Of a stretch of 64,000 bases of DNA, positions 45,654-54,694 are shown piece by piece. The DNA lies in assembly GCA_016213135.1 (NCBI GenBank), contig JACRBQ010000028.1:7284-71283 (forward strand), given 5' to 3'. The notes beneath the pieces were generated by a model. That model searched no databases. It saw nothing but the letters and a program-made list of their open reading frames with translations, and had not been told where the DNA came from. The stretch is from Chloroflexota bacterium. GTDB lineage: Bacteria; Chloroflexota; Anaerolineae; Anaerolineales; VGOW01. A program made the position numbers and the translations under genes. Positions within the stretch are counted from its first letter, which is position 1. The number at the start of each line of letters is the position of its first letter.

Positions 45654-46568
45654 TCAGGAGCGTGCCGATCCCACGACTCTTTTTTCGGCGGGCGTCATGC
45701 GGGCGCGGAGGAGTTTGTAGCGGCGCACGGTTTCGATGGCGGTGTAGACGAGCCAGTTGAATGGCGCGGGATAGCGGGCGGCGAAGTGCTTGCGGTGAAA
45801 GAGTTGCATGGCATCGTAGAAGGCGTTGATCATGCGCTCCGGTTGCTTGCGGGTGGACGTGCCCTTGAGATGCTTGACGGTGACTTCGGGCCAGTAGACG
45901 ACGCGATAGCCGCGCTTTTTGATTCGCAGGTTGAGGTCGAGGTCTTCGCCGTACATGAAAAAGGATTCGTCCATAAGGCCCGCTTTGACGAGAGCCTCGC
46001 CGCGCATGAGCATGCACGCACCGACGACGGAGTCCACGTCGGCGGTTTGGCGCTCGGGCAGGAAGGTCATGTTGTAGCGGGCGAAGGCGGGGCTGTGTGG
46101 AAAGAGTTTGGCGAGGCCGAAGATGTAATAGAACGATGTGACGGGGGTCGGCTCGCCCCGGCGGCAGGCGAGGTCGAGCGAGCCGTCGGCCAGTTCGAGG
46201 CGCGGGCCGAGCACGCCGATGTCGGGGTGCGAGTCGAGGTGGGCCACCATGCGGCGCAGGGCGTCGGGCGGGGTTTCGGTGTCGGGGTTGAGCAGCATGG
46301 CGTGGCGGTAGCGCGGGGCATCGGGGAAGCCCGCCGCCTTCAGACCGAGGTTGTTGCCGAAGGAGTAACCGCCGTTGGTGCGCGAGTCGATGACTTTGCA
46401 CCAGCCGAACTGCCGGCGCACGAAGTCGGCGGCGCCGTCCGTGCCGCCGTTGTCCACCACGAACACATCGGCCTCCAGCCCTTCCAGCGCGGCGCGCAGG
46501 GCGCCGAGGCACGGGGGGAGGAATTCTTTGGAATTGTGCGAGACGATGACGATGGCGAGGGTATTCAT
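45654..46568 (-). CDS. GT2 family glycosyltransferase
   Basis: LAIVIVSHNSKEFL...VVDNGGTDGAADF...GGYSFGNNLG...YGEDLDLNLRIKKRGYRV. Confidence 0.88.
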   Translation of the reverse strand: MNTLAIVIVSHNSKEFLPPCLGALRAALEGLEADVFVVDNGGTDGAADFVRRQFGWCKVIDSRTNGGYSFGNNLGLKAAGFPDAPRYRHAMLLNPDTETPPDALRRMVAHLDSHPDIGVLGPRLELADGSLDLACRRGEPTPVTSFYYIFGLAKLFPHSPAFARYNMTFLPERQTADVDSVVGACMLMRGEALVKAGLMDESFFMYGEDLDLNLRIKKRGYRVVYWPEVTVKHLKGTSTRKQPERMINAFYDAMQLFHRKHFAARYPAPFNWLVYTAIETVRRYKLLRARMTPAEKRVVGSARS

Positions 46569-46595
46569 GATTACAGGAGTCAGGAGTCAGATGGC

Positions 46596-46728
46596 GGAGG
46601 TCGGAGGTCGGAGGTCGGAGGTCGGAGGTCGGAGGTCGGAGGTCGGAGGTCGGAGGTCGGAGGTCGGAGGTCGGAGGTCGGAGGTCGGAGGTCGGAGGTC
46701 GGAGGTCGGAGGTCGGAGGTCGGAGGTC
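46596..46728. repeat. perfect tandem array (GGAGGTC)x19
   Basis: 133 bp with no deviation from the 7-nt period. Flanked by (CAGGAGT)x2.4 at 46574-46590 and two copies of the 14-mer CATTCCGACTCCTG at 46731-46758. Confidence 0.97.
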
Positions 46729-46762
46729 GACATTCCGACTCCTGCATTCCGACTCCTGAATA

Positions 46763-47737
46763 CTATGCTTTTAGTATCTCCCAATAGCTCCCCAGCCGCC
46801 GCTGGAGTTTCGCGTCGTCGATTTTGCCGGTGAGGCGGCCTTTGAGGGTGCGGGCCAGCCAAAAAAGCAGGCCCACCACGGTAATGGCTTTGAGCGCGGC
46901 GTACGGCAGCAGCCCGTAGTTCTTGCGATAAAAGTACGACTGGCTGCGGTAGAACTGCGCCGAGAATCTCTCCGGGTCTTTGGAGGTGCTGTGCGCGCCG
47001 AGGTGGGTGATGGTGGCCTCGGGAGTGTAGAGTAGCTTCCACCCGGCGCGGCGGGCGCGGTAGCACCAGTCGGTCTCCTCAAAATAGATGCCGAACTTTT
47101 CGTCCATCCCCGGCAGTTGCTCGTAGAGCGCGCGGCGAAAGAGCAGCGTAGCGCCCAGGATGTGTTCCACCTCGCGCACGCGGCGGTAGTCGTCGGGCAG
47201 GTAACGCCCGTTTTGCGGCGAGTCCACCGGTGTGAGCATTTCGAAGAAACCGTAGAACGCCGTTTGCAGGCTGGGGAAGCGGAAGGTGTTGTGTTGCAGT
47301 GTGCCGTCGGGGTTGACGACGTGCGGCGCGATCATGCCCGCCTTGGGATGCTGGTTGGCAAAGGCTGCCAGCCGCGCCAGCGCGCCGGGGTGAACGACGG
47401 TGTCCGGGTTGAGCATGAAGATGAGGGGCGCGGTCGCTTGCCTGAACCCGAAGTTGTTGCCCCCGGCGAATAGCAGATTGCCGTGCCCCGCAAACAGCCG
47501 CACCCACGGGAACTCGCGGGCGATGATCTCCGGCGTGCCGTCTGTGGAGCCGTTGTCCACGACGATGGTCTCAACTTCAGACGGTGGACGAAAGACGAGG
47601 GTGGGTAGCTGGTCGTTGGTCGCGGGTTGTTGGTCGCCGGGCTGGCCGCTCCAGCCGCCGGGGATGGAGGCAAGGCAATCGCGGATGACAGTGGCCGAGT
47701 TATAGGTGACGATGACGATGGACAGGGCGGGAGGCAT
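46763..47737 (-). CDS. GT2 family glycosyltransferase with a low-complexity insert
   Basis: LSIVIVTYNSATVI...VVDNGSTDGTPEI...NNFGFRQA...FEETDWCYRARRAGWKL. The insert GGWSGQPGDQQPATNDQLP overlaps a TTGGTCG-type heptamer run at 47609-47636. Confidence 0.85.
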   Translation of the reverse strand: MPPALSIVIVTYNSATVIRDCLASIPGGWSGQPGDQQPATNDQLPTLVFRPPSEVETIVVDNGSTDGTPEIIAREFPWVRLFAGHGNLLFAGGNNFGFRQATAPLIFMLNPDTVVHPGALARLAAFANQHPKAGMIAPHVVNPDGTLQHNTFRFPSLQTAFYGFFEMLTPVDSPQNGRYLPDDYRRVREVEHILGATLLFRRALYEQLPGMDEKFGIYFEETDWCYRARRAGWKLLYTPEATITHLGAHSTSKDPERFSAQFYRSQSYFYRKNYGLLPYAALKAITVVGLLFWLARTLKGRLTGKIDDAKLQRRLGSYWEILKA

Positions 47738-47741
47738 TGAG

Positions 47742-47776
47742 AGAAGTCAGAAGTCAGAAGTCAGAGGTCAGAAGTT
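47742..47776. repeat. tandem heptamer array (AGAAGTC x3, AGAGGTC, AGAAGTT)
   Basis: Lies between the DedA stop and the GT2 start. A partly complementary segment, TTCTGACTCCTGAATTCTGTCTTCTGGCTCCTG, follows at about 47790-47822. Confidence 0.85.
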
Positions 47777-47824
47777 TGTGTATGCTTTCATTCTGACTCC
47801 TGAATTCTGTCTTCTGGCTCCTGT

Positions 47825-48397
47825 TTACTTGAAGAACTGCGCTACCCATCCGATGGAGTACGCTCCGGCATAGGCCACAATCCACATTTTGATCAGCTTG
47901 CCGAAGAGTGTGGCGGTGAGGAACTTGGGAATGGGCATCCTCAGCGTCCCGGCAGCCACTCCGGCCAGGTCGAAGAGTGGCAGCGGCTGGATCGCCAGCA
48001 GAAAAATGGTGATCATGCCGTAGCGCCCGGTCAGGCTGTGCAGGGTATCGTACAGCCTTGTCTTCTCTACCACGGCCTGCCCGGAGAATCCGGCCCCGTA
48101 GCCCGAAAGCTCGCCCAGCGTGGCCCCCAACCCGGCGGCGATGCCCAGCCAGAACGGGTTGAACGCCGGGATGCCCGCCACGGCGAACACGATGGCCAGC
48201 GCCGGGGCGGGCAGAAAAATGGTGGCGCTGCCCAGCAGGTTGATGACGAAAATGCCCGGATAGCCGAACCGCTGAAGCGTCTGCACTTGGTCGCGAATCA
48301 AATACACGAACACGGTGATGCCAATGACCCCGGCCAGCACCAAAATGCGCGCAGCGGTCAGTTTCCAGTTGCGGGGCTGGGGCGCGGATTGGGTCAT
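47825..48397 (-). CDS. DedA/VTT-domain membrane protein
   Basis: GYPGIFVINLLGSATIFLPAPALAIVFAVAG...PKFLTATLFGKLIKMWIVAYAG. The internal ATG was chosen; the upstream ORF part is R/P-rich. Confidence 0.83.
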   Translation of the reverse strand: MTQSAPQPRNWKLTAARILVLAGVIGITVFVYLIRDQVQTLQRFGYPGIFVINLLGSATIFLPAPALAIVFAVAGIPAFNPFWLGIAAGLGATLGELSGYGAGFSGQAVVEKTRLYDTLHSLTGRYGMITIFLLAIQPLPLFDLAGVAAGTLRMPIPKFLTATLFGKLIKMWIVAYAGAYSIGWVAQFFK

Positions 48398-48410
48398 GGA
48401 GGAAGTAGTC

Positions 48411-51400
48411 TCATTTCCCAATGCGGTCGAGGGTGGCCTGTGCGGCGGCCTTCGAGTCGGCGTCCGGCGCGGCATCCAGCGCCTTTTGGGCGTAGCCCCG
48501 CGCCGTGGCTTTGTCGCCCTTGCCCAGATACGCATCGGCTAATGCATTATAAACCGCCCACAGGTTGTAGCCTTCACCCGTCAGGGTCACTACTTCCTCA
48601 TAGGCGGCAATGGAGGCTTCCCAGTGGCCCAGCGCCTTTTGCGCCGAACCCAGCCCCACGCGCACCGCCACCGATTTGGGCGTGCCGGCCCGCGCCGCTT
48701 CGGCGGTGATGGCCTGCCCGTAATAGTCCACGGCCTTGGTGTAATCGGCCTGTTGCGTCGCCGCGTCCGTTGCCGCCTGGGCGGCCTTCGACCAGTAATC
48801 GCCAAACGCGGCATAGGTGTCGCTGTACGTGTCGTCCAGCTTCAGCGATGTTTCCAGTTTTTGCAGGCCGCCCGTCATGTCGCCGCGCAAACCGAACTGC
48901 AGCCGCGCCCACTCGTTCCACAGCCCCACCGCGTTCGGGCTTAGGCTCACTGCGGTCGCATAATACGCATCAGCCTCGGCCAGCTTCTGACCGGCCTGCG
49001 TTGCATCGGCGGCCTTCGCCGCCCACTGCTCATCCAGCCTCGCCAAATTGGCCGCGTGGTCCGGGTTCAGCGGGTTCAGCCGCTCGGCAATCAGCAACTC
49101 GTCATGGCCGAGCTTCAGCATCTCCGGCCAACGAGAGGCATCGGCAATCTGCCCGATCACCTGCAAATAGGCGCGGCCCAAAAACAAGTGATACTGATCC
49201 TCCAGCGGCGCGAGCCGGACAGCCTGCTGATACAGCGGTATCGCCGTGCTCAATCGCCCCTGCGCGTCCAGCGGCCCGGCGATCTTATACATCACGTTGG
49301 CTTGCACCGGGCGCGTGTTCGTAAGGTAACCCGCCGCCAGCGCCAGCGCCACCCCTGCCGCCGCCAGCGCCGCCCGCCCGGCCCCGCGCCACGCCGCGCA
49401 AGCCGCACGCGTGGGCCACTCGGTCGCCAACGCCAGCGCGCCGAGCGCCAGCATCATCATCACCCACAGCGCGAACATGCCGTAGGCCCCGGCCAACAGC
49501 GTCACCGTTTGCACCAACTCGTCCACGTTGGCGGGCTGTCGCGTAGCCACTGCGCCCAGTCGCTGCAAATATGGCAGGGTGAACATCAGCCACACACCCG
49601 CCGACCCGGCCCACGTCAGCGCCGCCCCGCGCAGGTCGTCGCACCACAGCACGATGGCGGCCAGCCACACTGCCGCAAACATCGCCAACATCCAGTAACT
49701 CGTCGCACCCGTCGAGCCGAACAGCGTCGTCAGCGACGCGCGCAGCATCTCAACGACCGACGACGTTTTGGCCGGGTTGGTGATGAAGTCATACGTCATC
49801 GTCGTCAACACCAATCCAATGAAGATGGCTGGACTCAGCCGCGCCAGCCGGTTCGGTTGGGGAGCCGACTCAGCCGCGCGGCCGGTTTGCCGCTTCCGAG
49901 GTGTGGGTGGCGGCCCGGCCGTTTGTGGGCTGGCCGTATGCTCCTCCCCGTGGGAGCGCATCGCCCACCCCACCGCTATCAGCACCCCGGCGTACGCCCA
50001 AAAGTGCGTCCGGCTTGACACAACGCCGATGCCAAAATGAATCTCGGTGAAGTGCGCCACGATCCCGCCCAGCAGCGCGGCCACAATCCAGCCCGTCCAC
50101 TCGTCGGTGGCGCAGTCCCCCTGTTCGTGGGCGGCGGCGGGGTGCCGGGTTACGGCCAGCCACGCCACAAACGCCAGCACGCCGAGCAAAATGCCAAACG
50201 GCAGCCCCACGCCAAAATACTCCGGCCCGCGCCACGCCACCAGCGCCGCCGCGCCTGCCACGCCCCCGCCCGCGTAAAATGCCGCGAACGTCCAGCGGTC
50301 GGCCTCGGTCACCGCCCCGATCCACACCAGCCCATAAAAAATTACGGCGGCAAACAGAACGAGATACGCCGCCAGCCCCAGCGCGCCGGTGGTCGCCAAC
50401 GCGTCGAATGTTTCATTGTGCGCCCGGTCGGGTGTGGCGTTGCGCCGCTCGTAGTGAGCAATCTCCGGTTCGTAAAAACGGTTGAAGGCCACGTACATCG
50501 ACTCCGGGCCATAGCCGATCAACGGTCGGATGACGTTGAAAGCGTCCGGGCGGTTATCGGGGTACACCAGTGGCCCGTGGGGCAGGGCCAGCTTCACCGC
50601 CCCACGCCAGATCAGCAATCGCACTTTGCTGGTGTCGTCCTGCACTTCAAACACCCGGCCCAGCCGCCCCAGCGCCTGCGTGTCGCGCAGCGGTTGCAGC
50701 GGGCCGTTGGGGATGTTGAGCGCGATCAGAAACGCGGCGGCGAGCGCGGCCACTCCCAAAATGGCGACCGTGGCCCGGCGGCGTTTGAACACCACCGTGA
50801 GCAGCAGCGCCCAGCAGAACAGCCCGGCGGCAGCACCCAGCCACGGCCCCCGGCTGCCGCTGAACCACAGCGCCAGCAGTTGCATGGCGAGCGCGAACAC
50901 GTACACCGTGGCGCGGGCAAGGTTGCGCGGCAACCCGGCTTCTTCGCGCAGCACGGCGCGGAACGATTGCAGCATTCGCATGGCCGTGAGCGGCAAGGCC
51001 ATGATCAAATACGAGCCGATGAATATGGCGTTGCCCATCGTGGACGTGACGCGCTGGGTGGTGTCTTCGCCCCACGGCAGCGGATCGACCTTCAGCCGTT
51101 GCATCACGCCGTACAGGCTCACCGGCAGGCTGGTGAGGATCACCATCGTGATCAGCCGTTCCACTTGCTCGCGGCGGCGCATGTGCGCGGCAATTGCCGC
51201 AAAGATGACGAGATAGGCCAGCAGGGTGTACGTGCCCTGCAAGCGCGCATAGGATCCCCACAGGCTGGCATGGGGCGTCACCGAGAACAGCGTGGAAAGC
51301 AGGTAGGTGCTCAACAGCCCTGCCACCGGCACGGCCAGCGGCCACCGGCTCCACCGCCGCACGTCTGGGCGGAAGGGCAGGCTCAGGCCGCCCCGTTGCG

Positions 51401-51581
51401 CGTCGAACGCCTTCGCCCCCCACGCCGCCAGCATCACCAGCGCAATGCTGCGCACCAGCGAAATCTTGTCCGGCTCGAACACCCGATCCGAAAACGTGTT
51501 GAAGAACAGCGGAGCCAGCACCAGCGCCGCCAGCCAGCCCGCCTCCAAAACGCCGTCGCAAAAACGAGAGAGCTTTGTCAT
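48411..51581 (-). CDS. O-antigen ligase/polymerase-like (Wzy_C) polytopic membrane protein with C-terminal TPR repeats
   Basis: 1056 aa with many TM helices. GSRGPWLGAAAGLF is a Wzy_C-like loop. The C-terminal 350 aa or so have TPR-like A/Y/L periodicity (LGRAYLQ, AVDYYGQAI, ALADAYLGKGDKATARGYAQKAL). Confidence 0.82.
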   Translation of the reverse strand: MTKLSRFCDGVLEAGWLAALVLAPLFFNTFSDRVFEPDKISLVRSIALVMLAAWGAKAFDAQRGGLSLPFRPDVRRWSRWPLAVPVAGLLSTYLLSTLFSVTPHASLWGSYARLQGTYTLLAYLVIFAAIAAHMRRREQVERLITMVILTSLPVSLYGVMQRLKVDPLPWGEDTTQRVTSTMGNAIFIGSYLIMALPLTAMRMLQSFRAVLREEAGLPRNLARATVYVFALAMQLLALWFSGSRGPWLGAAAGLFCWALLLTVVFKRRRATVAILGVAALAAAFLIALNIPNGPLQPLRDTQALGRLGRVFEVQDDTSKVRLLIWRGAVKLALPHGPLVYPDNRPDAFNVIRPLIGYGPESMYVAFNRFYEPEIAHYERRNATPDRAHNETFDALATTGALGLAAYLVLFAAVIFYGLVWIGAVTEADRWTFAAFYAGGGVAGAAALVAWRGPEYFGVGLPFGILLGVLAFVAWLAVTRHPAAAHEQGDCATDEWTGWIVAALLGGIVAHFTEIHFGIGVVSSRTHFWAYAGVLIAVGWAMRSHGEEHTASPQTAGPPPTPRKRQTGRAAESAPQPNRLARLSPAIFIGLVLTTMTYDFITNPAKTSSVVEMLRASLTTLFGSTGATSYWMLAMFAAVWLAAIVLWCDDLRGAALTWAGSAGVWLMFTLPYLQRLGAVATRQPANVDELVQTVTLLAGAYGMFALWVMMMLALGALALATEWPTRAACAAWRGAGRAALAAAGVALALAAGYLTNTRPVQANVMYKIAGPLDAQGRLSTAIPLYQQAVRLAPLEDQYHLFLGRAYLQVIGQIADASRWPEMLKLGHDELLIAERLNPLNPDHAANLARLDEQWAAKAADATQAGQKLAEADAYYATAVSLSPNAVGLWNEWARLQFGLRGDMTGGLQKLETSLKLDDTYSDTYAAFGDYWSKAAQAATDAATQQADYTKAVDYYGQAITAEAARAGTPKSVAVRVGLGSAQKALGHWEASIAAYEEVVTLTGEGYNLWAVYNALADAYLGKGDKATARGYAQKALDAAPDADSKAAAQATLDRIGK

Positions 51582-52666
51582 AAAGGCTGAATGCTGACAG
51601 CTTCATAAACCGCCTCAATCCTATCGATCATCGTCTCCACCTCAAACTCCCGCCGCGCGCGCGCCTGCCCCGCCTCGCCCATGCGCGCGCGCAGGGCTTC
51701 GTCGGCCAGCAGCCGCCCCGCCGCCTCGGCCAGCGCCCCCGGTGTGCGCGCCGGAACCACCAGCCCGGTGAGGTTGTGCTGCACCACAAACGACGTTCCC
51801 GTGCCAAGCTCCGTCGTCACGCACGGCAGCCCGGCGGCCATCGCCTCCAGCAGCACAATGCCAAACGCCTCCGAGCGCGCGCTGGCCGGCAGCACAAACA
51901 CGTCCGCGCTGCGGTACAGGGCGGGCAGTTCGGCATCGGGAACCGTGCCCAAGAACCGCACCTTCTCGCCCAGCGCCAACTCGCCCGCCAGCCGTTCCCA
52001 CGCCGGGCGCATCGGGCCGTCGCCCGCCACAATCAAATCGGCATCCACCTCCGGCATGGCCCGCAGCAAATCCGGCAAGCCTTTGTAATATCGGTGGCGG
52101 CCCACAAACAACAGCGTGGGCCGCGCGCGGCGCGTGCGCGGCGGCGCGGCAAACCGCTCCGGGGCAATGCCCAGCGGCACCACCAAACAGCGGTGCGCCA
52201 GCCGCGCCAACTCCGGAGACGATACCACATAATTCGGGCTGGTCGCCAACAACGCATCGGCCCGGCGCAGGCCCCAGCGCATCACGGGCCGATAGGCCGC
52301 GCTAATCATCCGCTGCCGCACCACGTCGCTCTGATACGAAATCACCGTGCGTCCGTGCCCGCGCCACCAGTGGCTCACCTCGCCCAGCGGATACGGAAAC
52401 TGCAAATGAGTCACATCGGGCCGCTCGCGTGCCAACAGCCTCGGCAACTCTGCCGACAGCGGCGTGCTGGCCACCGTGCGTGCCCGCGCTGCGCGGATCA
52501 CCCGCACCCCGTTCAGCATCCCCACCTCGGTGCGTGCGTCGGGGTGGCACACCAGCACAGTCACCTCGTGCCCGCGCCGCGCCAGCCCCTCGGCCAGCGC
52601 CCGCAAATGATTTTCAATTCCCCCGATGACGGGATAGTAGTCTTTATAAACGTGAAGTATTTTCAC
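51578..52666 (-). CDS. GT4 family glycosyltransferase
   Basis: MKILHVYKDYYPVIGGIENHL...SEAFGIVLLEAMAAGLPCV. Confidence 0.9.
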   Translation of the reverse strand: MKILHVYKDYYPVIGGIENHLRALAEGLARRGHEVTVLVCHPDARTEVGMLNGVRVIRAARARTVASTPLSAELPRLLARERPDVTHLQFPYPLGEVSHWWRGHGRTVISYQSDVVRQRMISAAYRPVMRWGLRRADALLATSPNYVVSSPELARLAHRCLVVPLGIAPERFAAPPRTRRARPTLLFVGRHRYYKGLPDLLRAMPEVDADLIVAGDGPMRPAWERLAGELALGEKVRFLGTVPDAELPALYRSADVFVLPASARSEAFGIVLLEAMAAGLPCVTTELGTGTSFVVQHNLTGLVVPARTPGALAEAAGRLLADEALRARMGEAGQARARREFEVETMIDRIEAVYEAVSIQPL

Positions 52667-53622
52667 AACGCCGACTCAATCGCCTGCACCGTTGCATCCC
52701 ATGTAAAGCGCCTCGCCCATTCCAATCCGGCCTCGCGCTTCGCCTCGCGCACCGCCGGGTCGGCCAGCCTTCGCACCGCCTCGGCCAGCGCCTCGGTCGT
52801 CATGTCCTCGGCCATCATCGCCGCGCCTCCCGCCGCCTCGCGCACGCCCGGCGCGGGCAAACACGCCACCGGCGCGCCGCAGGCCATCGCCTCGATAATC
52901 GGCAAGCCGAACCCCTCGCGCAGCGACGGAAAGATCAACCCCCTCGCCGCCGAATACAGCGCGGGCAAATCGGCCTCGCGCACCGCGCCCTCCACTATCA
53001 CCAGCGGCTCCGCGCCCGCGGCCAACACCGCGGCCTGCACATTCTTGTGCCATCGGGCCGATCCGAAACACAGCCAGAATGATTCGGGAAAATTGTATGC
53101 CGCCGTAACTTCCGCAATCGCTCGTGCGGATTCCGGGCGAAACCGGTCGGGAAGCCCCGGCGGGCACACGACCATTTTGTTCCGGGGGACGCCTATCTCT
53201 GCCATTTCCTCCCGCGCCGACTCACTCAACACAATCACCTTTTTTGCCACGCCGCTCGCCAACCGATTTGCTATCTTGTACAAGGCCCGACCCATCGTCG
53301 AAAGTCCGGGTCCCTTCAGTGGCGTGGCATCGTACAGAGTCACCACTGCCGGGCAGGGCAGCGCATAGGGCATCAAATAATACGGCGAGTAATACAGGTC
53401 TGCGCTGCGCGCGATCAACGGCGCCTGCAACTGCGCCAGCGGCGAGCGCACACCGGCGCAGGCCACACGCTTGCCGCCCGATCCGAACCGCGTCTCCTTC
53501 AGCGCCGGATCGTACAGCGCCACGCTCACCCGTTCGCCCAACGCTTGCAACAACCCGTGCGCGTACCGCCCGATGCCCGGATAGTGATCGCCAATCGTCC
53601 GGGCGTCAAACGCCAGCCGCAT
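52663..53622 (-). CDS. GT4 family glycosyltransferase
   Basis: MRLAFDARTIGDHYPGIGRYAHGLL...REGFGLPIIEAMACGAPV. Confidence 0.85.
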   Translation of the reverse strand: MRLAFDARTIGDHYPGIGRYAHGLLQALGERVSVALYDPALKETRFGSGGKRVACAGVRSPLAQLQAPLIARSADLYYSPYYLMPYALPCPAVVTLYDATPLKGPGLSTMGRALYKIANRLASGVAKKVIVLSESAREEMAEIGVPRNKMVVCPPGLPDRFRPESARAIAEVTAAYNFPESFWLCFGSARWHKNVQAAVLAAGAEPLVIVEGAVREADLPALYSAARGLIFPSLREGFGLPIIEAMACGAPVACLPAPGVREAAGGAAMMAEDMTTEALAEAVRRLADPAVREAKREAGLEWARRFTWDATVQAIESAL

Positions 53623-54694
53623 CGCGCCACACCTCTTCCAGCCGCCGCGTCATTGCGCCCAACTCAAACCGCGCCAGCGCCCGTTCGCGGCCCTCTCGCC
53701 CCAACCGTACTCGCGTGCGCTCGTCCATCGCCAGCGCCGCCGCCAGCCCCACTGCGTCCCCCGATGGAAACAGTCTCCCCGCCTCACCCACCACCTCCGC
53801 AATGGCCCCGGAGTGGGAAGCCGCCACCGGTATCCCGGCCATCATGGCCTGCACTACCGCGCGCCCAAACGGTTCGGGGCGGGTGGACGTGTGGGCGAAT
53901 ACATCACACGCCGCGAACAACTCTCGCAAGTCGGCGCGATGGCCTAGCAATCTGTACGGGCGTTCATTTGAACGCCCCGACACACCGCACATTGTCTCCA
54001 ATTCCTCCCTCAACCCTTTGCCGCCTAACTCGCCCTCCGATTCGTCCTCGCCCCCGGCGATGAGGCCGGTGACGCCGCTGAGCTTCACCGCCCGCGCAAA
54101 CAGTGTGTGCCCCTTCCACCGCACCAGCCGCGCCACCGAGAGCGCCACCCGTTCGTCGGGCCGCAGCCCCAACGCCGCCCGTGCGCTCTGGCGCATCCCC
54201 GGCGGAGTAAGGCCGGGGTTGGGCAAACCGTCGGGGATGATGACGGTTTTGGCCGGTTGTGGCGAGCAGCGTCCCGCGATAAATGCCGACACGGCGACGA
54301 TCCGTTTGGGAATGGGAGCAAAGGCACGGGCCAGGGCAGGGGGCAGGGTGTCGTCGGCCAGCCGCCAGATCAAAGGTGTTTGGGAGAGAGAAGCGGCCAC
54401 CGATCCAATGGCGTGAGCGCGGGCGGTGGTGGTCATCAACACATCGGCCGTGCGGGCCAATCGCGCCAATCCCGCGCCGGCCCAAAACATGGCCGCCGGG
54501 TTGCGGCGCAATCGGGGCAATGGCACACGCCGCGCGTCGGGCCAATTGAATTGCACCGGGCTGGCGTTGTCGGTGACGAGGGTGAGGGCGAACGCGCCCG
54601 AGTCCGCCGCGCCCACCAGATCGCGAATCATGGCCTCCACCCCGCCGAAGATGGGGGCGTGATCGACAATCAGTATTTTGAGGGGGCGGCTCAT
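53606..54694 (-). CDS. GT4 family glycosyltransferase
   Basis: LKILIVDHAPIFGGVEAM...PEPFGRAVVQAMMAGIPV. Confidence 0.85.
   Translation of the reverse strand: MSRPLKILIVDHAPIFGGVEAMIRDLVGAADSGAFALTLVTDNASPVQFNWPDARRVPLPRLRRNPAAMFWAGAGLARLARTADVLMTTTARAHAIGSVAASLSQTPLIWRLADDTLPPALARAFAPIPKRIVAVSAFIAGRCSPQPAKTVIIPDGLPNPGLTPPGMRQSARAALGLRPDERVALSVARLVRWKGHTLFARAVKLSGVTGLIAGGEDESEGELGGKGLREELETMCGVSGRSNERPYRLLGHRADLRELFAACDVFAHTSTRPEPFGRAVVQAMMAGIPVAASHSGAIAEVVGEAGRLFPSGDAVGLAAALAMDERTRVRLGREGRERALARFELGAMTRRLEEVWRDAAGV
53958..53977. repeat. 20-bp palindrome GGGCGTTCATTTGAACGCCC in frame in a GT4 gene (family D)
   Basis: A second copy, GGGCGTTCAATTGAACGCCC, lies at 56826..56845 inside the epimerase gene. 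With flanks, the two are reverse complements of each other (GTACGGGCGTTCA.TTGAACGCCCCGAC). Confidence 0.8.

Noticed and set aside
46596-46728. Tandem heptamer arrays as possible CRISPR arrays
   Set aside because: The units are 7-8 nt and directly abutting, with no spacers. No cas genes are in the window.
45588-46833. Plus-strand ORFs (399 aa and 152 aa) encoding RRSEVGG repeats
   Set aside because: The repeat protein is simply the translation of the (GGAGGTC)19 array. The rest of these ORFs is antisense to a well-supported GT2 gene.
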